Positions 33,373 through 42,909 of a stretch of 64,000 nucleotides of DNA are shown here, piece by piece. Position 1 is the first letter of the stretch. Each line of letters begins with the position of its first letter. Origin of the DNA: Candidatus Falkowbacteria bacterium GW2011_GWF2_43_32 (GTDB lineage: Bacteria; Patescibacteriota; Patescibacteriia; Patescibacteriales; UBA12465); assembly GCA_000999715.1 (NCBI GenBank), contig LCGL01000003.1, forward strand, positions 26,942 to 90,941, read 5' to 3'. The notes beneath the pieces were generated by a model. That model was given only the letters and a program-made list of their open reading frames with translations. It was not told the origin of the DNA and did not search any database. A program made the translations under genes and the position numbers.

Positions 33373-35037
33373 TTATTTTTTCTTACCCTTATTCTTGCAA
33401 GCGTTAACGAATTCCACGAACAAAGGGTGCGGTGCCAGCGGTCGAGAAATATATTCGGGATGAAATTGAACGCCGATAAAAAAAGGATGATCAGCCAACT
33501 CCACCGCCTCCACTATCTTGCCGTCCGGCGAAGTGCCGGCGATTTTCAAACCCAATTGTTCAAACATGCTCCGATAATCATTATTGAATTCGTAACGATG
33601 GCGATGACGTTCGGAAACGGTTTTACTGTCGGTAAATTTGGCATACGCCTGCGCCAAATGAGTTCCGGCCGCCAGTTTGCAAGGCCAGCCGCCTAAACGA
33701 ATCGTACCGCCATAACCTTTTTCCCTGATTAATTTCTCTTGACCGGGCATAATATGGATAACCGGATTTTTGGTCTTCGGATCGACTTCGGCCGAATTGG
33801 CATCTTTGAGTTTCGCGACATGACGAGCGAATTCAATCACCGCCATTTGCATGCCGTAACATAAGCCGAAATAAGGCACGCCTTTTTCACGACAATACCG
33901 AATGGTTTTAATCTTTCCTTCCGCTCCGCGCCCGCCCCAACCTTGCGGGACGATAATGCCGTCCAAGCCTTTGAGGATATTAATATTTTTATCCGCTTCT
34001 TCGGCGCTCAACCAATGAATATTAACCCGGCATTTCACGGCGGCGGCGGCATGTTTAATCGCTTCAATCACGGAAATATAAGAATCACCCAAAGAAAAAT
34101 CGCCGCTGGCAAAATATTTTCCTACAATGCCGATATTAACCGCCGGTTTTTTTATTTTGGAGGCCGCCACCATCTTTTCCCAAGCTATGTCGCCGTTTTT
34201 TCCGTTACGGGACGACAAGCCGAATTTTTCCAAAATCCTTCGGCCTAAATTATCTTTTTCAAAATTCAACGGAATATCGTAAATGGAATCGGCGTCCGGA
34301 GCGGAAATAACGCAGTCCAAAGGTACATTGCAATTGATGGATAACTTCTCTTTACGCGCCAGGTCAATCGGTTTTTCCGCACGGGCAACCAAAAAATCCG
34401 GTTGAATACCGGCGCTTTGCAGGCTTCTGACCGCGTGTTGCGTCGGCTTGGTTTTCATTTCGCCTATTTTGCTGGGAATCGGTAAATAAGAGACAATGAC
34501 AAACAACACGTCTTTCGGACGATAAAGTTTCATAACCCGGGCCGCTTCCAAAAACAAAAGGTTCTCATATTCGCCGACTGTGCCGCCGATTTCGATAATC
34601 ATGATTTCCGCTTTGGTCTTGGCAACCGCCTTCTCAATGCGTTCCCTAATTTCTTGCGGAATATGCGGCACGACTTGCACGCATTTTCCTTTATAACCCA
34701 AATTGCGTTCGCGTTCAATCACGGTTTGGTAAACCCGACCGGTCGTCATGTAATTCTCGCGATAAATATTTTTATTCAAAAATCTCTCGTAATTGCCGAT
34801 ATCCTGATCGGTCTCGTCGCCGTCTTCCGTAACGAAAACCTCGCCATGTTCTACCGGATTCATGGTGCCGGCATCCACGTTGATATAAGGATCCATTTTG
34901 ATGGCGCTGACATTATAACCGCGCGCCTGCAAAATGCGTCCGATGGAGGCGGTGGTCACTCCTTTTCCCACTCCGGACATCACGCCGCCCACAACAAAAA
35001 TATACTTGGTTGATTCTTTGGCTGAAGACATAAGCAT
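33373..35037 (-). CDS. pyrG: CTP synthase
   Basis: 554 aa; KYIFVVGGVMSGVGKG N-terminus, GATase domain GLCYGMQ..HRHRYEFN. Confidence 0.95.
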   Translation of the reverse strand: MLMSSAKESTKYIFVVGGVMSGVGKGVTTASIGRILQARGYNVSAIKMDPYINVDAGTMNPVEHGEVFVTEDGDETDQDIGNYERFLNKNIYRENYMTTGRVYQTVIERERNLGYKGKCVQVVPHIPQEIRERIEKAVAKTKAEIMIIEIGGTVGEYENLLFLEAARVMKLYRPKDVLFVIVSYLPIPSKIGEMKTKPTQHAVRSLQSAGIQPDFLVARAEKPIDLARKEKLSINCNVPLDCVISAPDADSIYDIPLNFEKDNLGRRILEKFGLSSRNGKNGDIAWEKMVAASKIKKPAVNIGIVGKYFASGDFSLGDSYISVIEAIKHAAAAVKCRVNIHWLSAEEADKNINILKGLDGIIVPQGWGGRGAEGKIKTIRYCREKGVPYFGLCYGMQMAVIEFARHVAKLKDANSAEVDPKTKNPVIHIMPGQEKLIREKGYGGTIRLGGWPCKLAAGTHLAQAYAKFTDSKTVSERHRHRYEFNNDYRSMFEQLGLKIAGTSPDGKIVEAVELADHPFFIGVQFHPEYISRPLAPHPLFVEFVNACKNKGKKK

Positions 35038-35062
35038 TGGCTTTAAATATTGTAAACTCGAT

Positions 35063-36304
35063 TTATTTTTTCTTTTTCAACAGTTCTACCGCTTTATCAA
35101 ATTGCGGATCCCGTTCCTGATCAAAATCTTCCGCGGTCATCTCTACCGTAACGTTCGGTTCTATCCCCTTGTCGTTAATGAAATCTCCGGCCGGCGTCAA
35201 CCATCTGGCGATGGTGATTTTTAAAACCGAACCGTCGCTCAAATCGCGCAAAGTTTGTACCGAACCCTTGCCGAAAGTGGTTTCTCCGACCAAAATCGCT
35301 TTCTTATAATCCCGTAAAGCGCCGGCTAATATTTCCGAAGCGGACGCGCTGCCGCCGTCCACCAAGACAACGGTCGGAAAATCTTTCAAACGCGCCCGAC
35401 CGTTGGCCGGATATTCATTGCGTCGATTATTGTTCAACTGTTCGGCGACGATCGGACCGACTTCAATCCATTCGCTCGCCAACTTAACGGCCGTTTCCAA
35501 ATAACCGCCGGGATTACTGCGCAAATCCAAGATAATTCCTTGAGGATTTTTCAATAAAATAGTATTAACCGCGACTTCAAACAAATCTTCCGTATCGTTA
35601 TTGAAGTTGCTGACCCGAATCACGAAAATGCCGTCTGAACGCATTTCGGTTTTTACGCTTCTAACGATAATTACCGAGCGCTTGATTTTGATATCCGTCG
35701 GCTTGTCCTGACCTCTGATGATAGTCAAAGTAACTTCGGTATCTTTGGGACCGCGAATCATTCTGACCACTTCGTTGATAGTCAAACCCAAAGTAGACGC
35801 GCCATCCACGGCATAGATTTTGTCTCCGGCGCGCAAACCGGCTTTCTGGGCCGGCGTATCGTCCAAAGGAGCGATAATGGTCGTAATATCATTGCGCAAA
35901 CCGACTTCCGCGCCGATACCTTCAAAAGTGCCGGCCAAATCGTCCGCGAACTCTTGGGATTCTTCGGGATCCATAAAAACCGTGTAAGGATCGTCCGTCG
36001 CCGCGGCCAAACCGCGCAAAGAACCGTAAAACAACTCTTGATTGCTCAACTGATTCTTGTCGATAAAATTATTTTTAACGCTATCCCAAACTTCCCAATA
36101 TAAATTAAAATCCAAAATATAATCGGCGTTGCCGTTTTGATTCAGCTCGCCCGCTTCTTCGGAATAAGCGATCGGCCGATTGAACAAAAAGCTTTTCCCT
36201 TTCGCTTTTCCCAAATAAAATCCGCCGGCGAAAATTCCCGCCACCGCCAGAATCAGCAAACTGACGCGAATAATGATTTTTAAAATATTTTTGTTGACAG
36301 TCAT
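35063..36304 (-). CDS. S41 family carboxy-terminal processing peptidase with PDZ domain
   Basis: 413 aa; N-terminal TM, PDZ (PAQKAGLRAGDKIYAVDG), catalytic GGSASASEILAGAL and TFGKGSVQ. Confidence 0.88.
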   Translation of the reverse strand: MTVNKNILKIIIRVSLLILAVAGIFAGGFYLGKAKGKSFLFNRPIAYSEEAGELNQNGNADYILDFNLYWEVWDSVKNNFIDKNQLSNQELFYGSLRGLAAATDDPYTVFMDPEESQEFADDLAGTFEGIGAEVGLRNDITTIIAPLDDTPAQKAGLRAGDKIYAVDGASTLGLTINEVVRMIRGPKDTEVTLTIIRGQDKPTDIKIKRSVIIVRSVKTEMRSDGIFVIRVSNFNNDTEDLFEVAVNTILLKNPQGIILDLRSNPGGYLETAVKLASEWIEVGPIVAEQLNNNRRNEYPANGRARLKDFPTVVLVDGGSASASEILAGALRDYKKAILVGETTFGKGSVQTLRDLSDGSVLKITIARWLTPAGDFINDKGIEPNVTVEMTAEDFDQERDPQFDKAVELLKKKK

Positions 36305-36316
36305 ATTATTATAAAA

Positions 36317-36925
36317 CTATTTTCTTAAAATAATCGGATGCGTTTCGTCCCGCAAGTCTATCAAGCGCGACGGTTTCTGACGACGACATTTGCCGGCATC
36401 GATGACCAAATCCGGACGACGTCCTTTTTGAGGAAAATAATTCAGCAAATGCCGTAAATCATGGATACTCTCTCGACCGCTGAGATTCAAACTGGTGGAC
36501 ACCAGCGGACAGTCGGCCTTCTTTATTATTTTAAGCAAAAATTCGCTTTTAGGCAAACGGACCGCCAAACCGTCGGACAAACCGCTTAATTCTTTCGGCA
36601 AACGACCGCGATGCTTGAGAATGACGGTCGTCGGTCGGGCGGACGGCGCCCACGCTTTTTTCAGAAACTCCGCTTGCACCCGAGAAACAAAAACATATTT
36701 TTTCAACTGCGCCAAACCCTTAACCAAAACAATCAAGGGTTTTTGCGGGGCGCGTTTTTTCAGTCGCTGAACCTTTTTAATCGCGCGCGAATGATTGGCC
36801 AAACAACTCAAACCATAAATGGTGTCTGTCGGCAAAACGATTGTCTGACCGACTTTCAAAGAACCGACAATTAAATTGACCAGCGCCGGTTTGATGGTTT
36901 TGAGATTAAGGCGTAGATGAGTCAT
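36317..36925 (-). CDS. tsaC: L-threonylcarbamoyladenylate synthase (TsaC/YrdC/Sua5 family)
   Basis: 202 aa; LPTDTIYGLSC.. and VSTSLNLSG motifs. Confidence 0.8.
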   Translation of the reverse strand: MTHLRLNLKTIKPALVNLIVGSLKVGQTIVLPTDTIYGLSCLANHSRAIKKVQRLKKRAPQKPLIVLVKGLAQLKKYVFVSRVQAEFLKKAWAPSARPTTVILKHRGRLPKELSGLSDGLAVRLPKSEFLLKIIKKADCPLVSTSLNLSGRESIHDLRHLLNYFPQKGRRPDLVIDAGKCRRQKPSRLIDLRDETHPIILRK

Positions 36926-36941
36926 GCAATCTGATTTAAAT

Positions 36942-37457
36942 TTAAATAATGGCCTGCAAAGTCTTCAAAGCGTCCGGTAAAAGAGGCAAAATAATTTTAA
37001 CGATGCGCAATAAAAACGGAGCAATGGCGGAGGCGGTCAATTGATCGCCGAAAAAATTGCCGATCAAGCTGTAACGGGAAATAACATAAATAATCAAACC
37101 TAAAATCAAAGCCCCTTCCAAAAATCCCAAAACCGCGCCCAACAGGTTATTGATGTATTTACTGCCCGGAATAACGGCGATAAATTTGAATAATTTTTCA
37201 ATCAGCACGAACAAAAATCGAGTCAAACGGGCGGCGACAACAAATAAAATAATGAAAGCGGCCACTTTGCCGGCATTGGCATGATCGCCGACCAAATGCT
37301 CTCCCCAAGCATACAAATTCAAATAAAAGTGACTGGCGACATAAGTGCCGACTATCAAGCCGACAAAATGCCCGAGAATTTTGATAATCCCTTTAAACAA
37401 GCCACTGACGGTAAAGCCGCCCAAAACAATCAATAAAACAAGGTCAAAGGTGGACAT
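36942..37457 (-). CDS. cvpA: CvpA family membrane protein
   Basis: 171 aa; four TMs, N-terminal FDLVLLIVLGGFTVSGLFKGIIK typical of CvpA. Confidence 0.75.
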   Translation of the reverse strand: MSTFDLVLLIVLGGFTVSGLFKGIIKILGHFVGLIVGTYVASHFYLNLYAWGEHLVGDHANAGKVAAFIILFVVAARLTRFLFVLIEKLFKFIAVIPGSKYINNLLGAVLGFLEGALILGLIIYVISRYSLIGNFFGDQLTASAIAPFLLRIVKIILPLLPDALKTLQAII

Positions 37458-37470
37458 ATATGTTGATAAA

Positions 37471-38913
37471 TTATAATCGCGGGAAAAGCGGTTGACCCTT
37501 CCGTACTTGAGCGGCCGAAAACTGGGCTTGAATCTGCCGGGCGGCTAAAGGCAAAAATGGTTCCAACAAACAGGCCAAATTAAGAATATTTTGAGCTAGA
37601 GGTTTGATAACTTTGGCGATATCCGCCCGGTCGCTCATCTTCCAAGGAGCGGTACGGCTCAAAGTTTCGTCACTATCTTTAATTTTTTCCCAAATGATTT
37701 GCAAAATATCGTTAAAACGATAATCCTTCATTTTGTCCGCGATATCGGCGACTACGGTTTTAATGCCGGCATCCGTCAAATCAACTTGCAAGTTTGTCGG
37801 AATCTCGTTCTTTTCCAACAGATTGGAAACGCGCGCCGTCAAATTTCCCAAGCCGTTGGCCAAATCGGCGTTGTAGCGCTCCCGAAATTTTTCTTCCGAA
37901 TAATCGCCATCCGCAAAGGTCGGTATTTCCGCCAAAAGATAATAACGAACCGCATCGGCGCCGTACTTATCGGCCAATTCATAAGGATCGATGGAATTAC
38001 CCAGGCTCTTGCTGATCTTCTGACCGTTGACGGTCAAAAAGCCGAAAACCAATACCTGCTGCGCCGTCGGTAAACCGGCGGACATCAGCATCGCCGGCCA
38101 CATGGCCGCTTGCGGCCGTAAATTGTCTTTACCGCAAACTTGCCGGCCCGGCCAATATTTTTGATAATTGCCGTCTTCTTCCGGCCAACCGAGAGTGGAA
38201 ATATAGTTTACCAGAGCGTCAAACCAGACATACATCACCTGACTGTCGTCGCCGGGAACGGCGACGCCGTGCGGCATTTTTTCTTTCAGTCGCGAAATGC
38301 TGAAATCTTCCAATCCGGAAGCGACAAAAGATTTGATTTCTTTCAAACGACTCGCCGGCACGACAAAATCCGGATAATCTTCATACAGCTTCAAAAGTTG
38401 CTTTTGATATTTGGAAAAACGAAAAAAGTAATTTTCTTCATCGATTATTTCCAGTTCCCGATTGGGATGCAAGGGGCAACGTCCGCCCGTCAATTCGGAA
38501 TCGGTTTTTTCCATTTCACAACCGACGCAATACTTTATTTTATACGCCTTTTTATAAATGTCCCCGCTCCGCTCGCAACGTCGCCAAAATTCCTGCGCCG
38601 CCTTTTTATGCTCGACAGCGGTGGTGCGAATGAATTTATTGTAAGAAAGATTCAATTTCTCTTTAAGCGGCAAAAATTTATCGGAATAAATATCGCAATA
38701 TTCTTGAATATCCATCCCCAACTCCTGCGCTTTCTGATAAATTTTTAAACCGTGTTCGTCCGTTCCGGTATTAAAAAATATTTCCCGGCCGTGTTGCGCT
38801 TGATAGCGGGCAATCACGTCGGCCTTAATGATTTCGGCCGCGAAACCGATATGCGGCTCGGAATTGATATAAGGCAAAGTGGTGGTGATGTAAAAATTTT
38901 TATTGGTTGACAT
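37471..38913 (-). CDS. metG: Methionine--tRNA ligase (short form)
   Basis: 480 aa; FYITTTLPYINSEPHIGF.., zinc-knuckle region, KISKSLGN; note HIGF instead of HIGH. Confidence 0.9.
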   Translation of the reverse strand: MSTNKNFYITTTLPYINSEPHIGFAAEIIKADVIARYQAQHGREIFFNTGTDEHGLKIYQKAQELGMDIQEYCDIYSDKFLPLKEKLNLSYNKFIRTTAVEHKKAAQEFWRRCERSGDIYKKAYKIKYCVGCEMEKTDSELTGGRCPLHPNRELEIIDEENYFFRFSKYQKQLLKLYEDYPDFVVPASRLKEIKSFVASGLEDFSISRLKEKMPHGVAVPGDDSQVMYVWFDALVNYISTLGWPEEDGNYQKYWPGRQVCGKDNLRPQAAMWPAMLMSAGLPTAQQVLVFGFLTVNGQKISKSLGNSIDPYELADKYGADAVRYYLLAEIPTFADGDYSEEKFRERYNADLANGLGNLTARVSNLLEKNEIPTNLQVDLTDAGIKTVVADIADKMKDYRFNDILQIIWEKIKDSDETLSRTAPWKMSDRADIAKVIKPLAQNILNLACLLEPFLPLAARQIQAQFSAAQVRKGQPLFPRL

Positions 38914-38946
38914 AATGTCCGTCGCGAGGAAACTATCCTCATTTTT

Positions 38947-39657
38947 TTATTTTTTAATTCTCAACTTTTGAATCAAAACCACAAATTCCCCTTTTAAACA
39001 GTTGGGGTCTTGCTGCAAATCCGCCAAAATTTCCGTCGGCGTACCCGTATAAAAACTTTCGTATAATTTAGTCAGTTCCCGCGCTACCATCACTTGCCGT
39101 TTTTCGCCCGATGTCTCGCTCATCTTGGCCAATTCTGCCAACAATTTAAGAATCCGATGTTTGGATTCGTATAAAATAACCGGATAATCGCTGGCCATGA
39201 TTTCTTTCAGCATCGTTTGCCGCCCCTTTTTATGCGGCAAAAATCCCAGAAATAAAAACCGATCAAAACCGGCGCCGGCGATGGAAACGGCGGCGCTCAA
39301 AGCCGACGCGCCCGGAATGCTGACGATTTTGACTTCATCGCCCAATTCCGCGCGCACCGCAGAAACCAACCTTCCTCCCGGATCGGAAATCCCCGGCGTA
39401 CCGGCATCGGTCACTAAAGCCAAGTTCTTGCCCGCTCGCAACAGTTCAATAATTTTATCGATCTTCAATTCGCCGGAATGCTGATGATAAGATATGGTCG
39501 GCGTCTTAATCTGATAATGATCCAACAATTTTTTAGTTACGCGAGTATCTTCGCAAAGAACGAAATCGGCTTCCTTCAAAATCCGTCCGGCGCGCCAACT
39601 GACGTCTTCCAGATTGCCGATCGGCGTAGCCACAATATTTAAAATTCCTGAAGTCAT
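38947..39657 (-). CDS. rsmI: 16S rRNA (cytidine1402-2'-O)-methyltransferase RsmI
   Basis: 236 aa; LNIVATPIGNLEDVS..CEDTR..DAGTPGISDPG tetrapyrrole-methylase-fold motifs. Confidence 0.88.
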   Translation of the reverse strand: MTSGILNIVATPIGNLEDVSWRAGRILKEADFVLCEDTRVTKKLLDHYQIKTPTISYHQHSGELKIDKIIELLRAGKNLALVTDAGTPGISDPGGRLVSAVRAELGDEVKIVSIPGASALSAAVSIAGAGFDRFLFLGFLPHKKGRQTMLKEIMASDYPVILYESKHRILKLLAELAKMSETSGEKRQVMVARELTKLYESFYTGTPTEILADLQQDPNCLKGEFVVLIQKLRIKK

Positions 39658-39673
39658 AAACGAAAGGCGGTGA

Positions 39674-41404
39674 TTAACCGTCTAAATTATCGCGTCTCTC
39701 CCGCACATAACGGGCCCAATCTTCCCCGATTTCCACCAAAACTTTAAAGGGGGCTTCAATGATGAAATCAAACAAAAAGATAAAAATATTGATTTTGGAA
39801 AATTCCCGAGACAACCAGCGACCGACCAGAATAATCGGCATATAAAACAAATCCAGCAAAAAGACCAGCAGATTTTCCTTGCGTTCCACGATGACCAATT
39901 CCTTGACTCCCCGGGTCGTGATTACGCTAAAGAAACTGACGAAAGCCAAGAAGAACAAAAAGATAATAATGCTCACCCAATTGAAATTGACTTTATCCAG
40001 GGCCCAAACGATGAAGTAAACGGAAACGCAGAAAGAGGCGACATAGACCAAATTAAAGATGCCGTTTTTAAACCAATTGCGCCGCGCCGGGCGACGCAAA
40101 ACAATCGGTTGTTTTTTCTCCTGTCCGGAAAAAGTAATTTCCTTCAAACCGTTGATGATTCTTTCCGTATTGTCTTTGTTCGGCTTGCGCGTCAAAGAAA
40201 CGATGAAAAACAACAAGACTGCCGGAAAAGCGATATTGATCAACAAAGAAATGGGATTCAAGGGTTCTCCGAACCATTTGATCGCCGGAATTTCAATCAA
40301 AATCACGAAAATGGATTTAGTCAAAAAAATGTAAATGATACTGCGCGTCGCCGCCCGCCAAAGCCGATTCTTGGCCGCTTGGTATTTCTGCTCGCAGACC
40401 TTGCGGACCGACGCGATGAAACCTTTTTCTCCTTTCTGCAATTCATTATAGGTCTTCGTCGGATTACCGGCGATCGTTTCCGCCAAAATGGAAGAACATA
40501 AAGAATACACCCGAACAATGCGATCCAATTGCTTGGTCAAGGGATGAGCCAATTGTTCATCTATCACATTTTTTAATTCCTCCAGACCGGCGGCGATTTT
40601 TTGAATCACGCCCCGCTCTTCTTCGGAGATCTTCCCCGCTTGGCCAATCTCCAGCCAATTCTTATTGTAATACTTGAACAAAACAAAACTTAACATCGCC
40701 GCATCAAATTTCAAAAAATTGCGATTGATGCTCAAATAAATTTGAATCTTCAAATCGGCTTCATAAGGCAGGTCGGCCGGCAATTTTATGTCTTTGGACA
40801 AGAAGGACAAAAGATTATTGACCAATACCCTTTTCACCGGATCCGGAGACAAATTTTCTTCAATCTCGCAAGCGGCCAAAGTCAACAACCAATGAACGAA
40901 TTTATTTTTGCTGTTGATCAAATCCTTGGCAGTATTGATGTCGGTTCTTAAATTCAAATCGGCGTTAATCTTGGCGACAAACTTTTCTTTCAATAAAATA
41001 TATTTCTCCAGCAAAGCGCCGATTTCTTGAATTTTACTTTCGGGAATTTTATTGTTCGGCAAATAACTGCCGCGAATCAGTTCTATCAACAATTGCTTGG
41101 CGAGAGTCAAGCCATCCGCTCCTTTAACCACGCCTTCGATCATAATCTGCCGACGCAAAATACGGTTGATGGCGTTTTTACGAAGCAGATGATCTTCCCC
41201 GTAATCTACGGCATTCCTGACTTTCTCATAAAAAAAAGACAACCGCGAAATCAAGGTTGACACTTTAAGGCGCGGAATATTGTCGTCATCCCGCTCTTCT
41301 TTATTTTGTTCGCTATAGATTATCCGAAACAGCCTTTTCGCGTCCTCATTAATTTCCACCGCCCGCTCTTCTTCGGTTCGTTTTATTAAATTCGGACTAA
41401 CCAT
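39674..41404 (-). CDS. Large polytopic membrane protein, function unknown
   Basis: 576 aa; ~330-aa soluble helical N-domain then at least five TM segments; no motif recognised. Confidence 0.55.
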   Translation of the reverse strand: MVSPNLIKRTEEERAVEINEDAKRLFRIIYSEQNKEERDDDNIPRLKVSTLISRLSFFYEKVRNAVDYGEDHLLRKNAINRILRRQIMIEGVVKGADGLTLAKQLLIELIRGSYLPNNKIPESKIQEIGALLEKYILLKEKFVAKINADLNLRTDINTAKDLINSKNKFVHWLLTLAACEIEENLSPDPVKRVLVNNLLSFLSKDIKLPADLPYEADLKIQIYLSINRNFLKFDAAMLSFVLFKYYNKNWLEIGQAGKISEEERGVIQKIAAGLEELKNVIDEQLAHPLTKQLDRIVRVYSLCSSILAETIAGNPTKTYNELQKGEKGFIASVRKVCEQKYQAAKNRLWRAATRSIIYIFLTKSIFVILIEIPAIKWFGEPLNPISLLINIAFPAVLLFFIVSLTRKPNKDNTERIINGLKEITFSGQEKKQPIVLRRPARRNWFKNGIFNLVYVASFCVSVYFIVWALDKVNFNWVSIIIFLFFLAFVSFFSVITTRGVKELVIVERKENLLVFLLDLFYMPIILVGRWLSREFSKINIFIFLFDFIIEAPFKVLVEIGEDWARYVRERRDNLDG

Positions 41405-41492
41405 ATAAAAAAATAAAACTAATTTTAGCTCATTATTATTGTATAATGTCTGATTTTAAAAAGCAACCCCATAAATACTAAGAATTATTATT

Positions 41493-41521
41493 AATACACC
41501 AGCATATCCCAATTTTGTCAA
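41493..41521 (-). promoter_or_regulatory. Candidate promoter for 39674-41404
   Basis: Minus strand TTGACA (41516-41521) - 17 nt - TGTATT (41493-41498); 12-mer GCTATTGACAAA at 41514-41525 (minus). Confidence 0.45.
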
Positions 41522-41531
41522 TAGCTAATAT

Positions 41532-41560
41532 TTGACATTCGGCCGATAATTTTATATCAT
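41532..41560 (+). promoter_or_regulatory. Sigma70-type promoter for secE-nusG-rplK-rplA
   Basis: TTGACA (41532-41537) - 17 nt - TATCAT (41555-41560); back to back with the divergent promoter 10 bp away. Confidence 0.6.
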
Positions 41561-41611
41561 TTTATCAGATAAAAAAGTGGCCTGGAAGGCTATTTTTAAA
41601 TACCTATTTTT

Positions 41612-41800
41612 ATGAACAAACTTACGAATTACATCCGAGAATCGGCCGCCGAAATGAAGAAGGTCACTTGGCCGACCAAAAAAGAAACTTATAATTATAC
41701 CCTGCTCGTCATCGGCATCAGTCTGGCCGTCGCGGTTTTTCTCGGCCTGTTGGATTATATTTTCTCCACCGGTCTGCAATTCATCGTCATTAATAAATAA
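41612..41800 (+). CDS. secE: Preprotein translocase subunit SecE
   Basis: 62 aa; ESAAEMKKVTWPTKKET then one TM; conserved position before nusG. Confidence 0.88.
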   Translation: MNKLTNYIRESAAEMKKVTWPTKKETYNYTLLVIGISLAVAVFLGLLDYIFSTGLQFIVINK

Positions 41801-41832
41801 TAAATTTATAATTCGTTCTTAACGCTAAAGAT

Positions 41833-42378
41833 ATGGCCAAACAACTTTTAAACCAGGGCCGACGTTGGTATGTCATTCATACTTATTCCGGTTACGAAGA
41901 AAACGTCACCGAAAATTTGAAACAAAGAGTGGAGTCCTTGGACATGGAAGACAAAATTTTTAACATTCTGATTCCGACCGAGAAAAAAATTAAAATCAAA
42001 AACGGCAAACGCAAAGTGGTGGAAGAAAAAATCTTTCCCGGCTATATTTTGGTCGAAATGGAAGTGACCGACGAATCCTGGTATATCGTCAGAAATACGC
42101 CCAACGTCACCGGCTTTATCGGCACCGGCACGATTCCGACGCCGATCGGAGAAGAAGAAGTCAAGTCATTGCAGAAAAGAATGGGCGTGGAAGATCCCAA
42201 ATTCCAGATTGACGTCGTTGTCGGCACGCCGGTACGCATTAACGAGGGTCCGTTCAAAAATATGGAAGGCAAAGTGACCGCCGTCGACGAGGCCAAAGGT
42301 AAAATCAAAGTGTCGGTATCCATGTTCGGTCGGGAGACGCCGGTAGAATTGGATTTTTTACAAATTAAAAAAATATAA
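41833..42378 (+). CDS. nusG: Transcription termination/antitermination factor NusG
   Basis: 181 aa; WYVIHTYSGYE NGN domain and KOW (GPFKNMEGKV). Confidence 0.93.
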   Translation: MAKQLLNQGRRWYVIHTYSGYEENVTENLKQRVESLDMEDKIFNILIPTEKKIKIKNGKRKVVEEKIFPGYILVEMEVTDESWYIVRNTPNVTGFIGTGTIPTPIGEEEVKSLQKRMGVEDPKFQIDVVVGTPVRINEGPFKNMEGKVTAVDEAKGKIKVSVSMFGRETPVELDFLQIKKI

Positions 42379-42425
42379 ATAATGATTAGAGGTCGATGCT
42401 TCTGCGATCTTCAAACCAAATTAAT

Positions 42426-42848
42426 ATGGCTAAAAAAATAAAAACTAAAATAAAATTGCAAATCGCCGGCGGCCAAGCCAATCCGGCGCCTCCCGTCGGT
42501 CCGGCCTTAGGGCAACACGGTCTGAACATCGCTGAATTTTGCAAACAATTTAACGACAAAACCAAGGATAAAATGGGCGATATCATCCCGGTGGAAATTA
42601 CCGTCTATGAGGACCGCAGTTACGATTTTATCTTGAAGACTCCGCCGGCGGCCGAACTGATCAAAAAGGCGGCCAATATCAAAAAGGGCTCCGGAAAACC
42701 TTTGACCGAAAAAGTCGGCGAAATTACGCAAGCCCAATTGGAGGAAATCGCCAAGACAAAAATGCCGGATTTGAACGCCAATAGTTTAGAGGCGGCCAAA
42801 AAAATCATTGCCGGTACGGCGCGACAAATGGGCGTACAAATTAAATAA
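42426..42848 (+). CDS. rplK: 50S ribosomal protein L11
   Basis: [32 protein letters not shown]; start moved to 42426 (track ORF 42396). Confidence 0.95.
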   Translation: MAKKIKTKIKLQIAGGQANPAPPVGPALGQHGLNIAEFCKQFNDKTKDKMGDIIPVEITVYEDRSYDFILKTPPAAELIKKAANIKKGSGKPLTEKVGEITQAQLEEIAKTKMPDLNANSLEAAKKIIAGTARQMGVQIK

Positions 42849-42859
42849 ATTAATTTTGT

Positions 42860-42890
42860 GGGAGTTCTCTTCCTTCGGGAGCCGAGAACG
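42860..42890 (+). promoter_or_regulatory. Hairpin in the rplK-rplA spacer (possible L1-binding regulatory structure)
   Basis: GGGAGTTCTCTTCCTTCGGGAGCCGAGAACG: outer stem GTTCTC/GAGAAC (42864-42869/42884-42889), inner TCC-TTCG-GGA with UUCG tetraloop. Confidence 0.4.
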
Positions 42891-42909
42891 TTTGACCACG
42901 ACCAATCTT

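Noticed and set aside
41405-41611. Search for rpmG (L33) or tRNA-Trp in the 207-bp region upstream of secE.
   Set aside because: The only ORF there is 11 codons (ATGTCTGATTTTAAAAAGCAACCCCATAAATACTAA) and no cloverleaf can be drawn. The region is explained by two back-to-back promoters.
42396-42909. Extended N-termini given by the ORF track for rplK (42396), rplA (42808), tsf (54741), hydA (50094), the cyclophilin (46812), gltX (16423) and rpmA (32991).
   Set aside because: The extensions overlap upstream genes or spacers and precede the conserved protein N-termini (MAKKIK.., MTKEKK.., MELIKQ.., MKLKINN.., MRRFLF.., MLFFKNKIRLRF.., MAHKK..). Internal Met starts were preferred.
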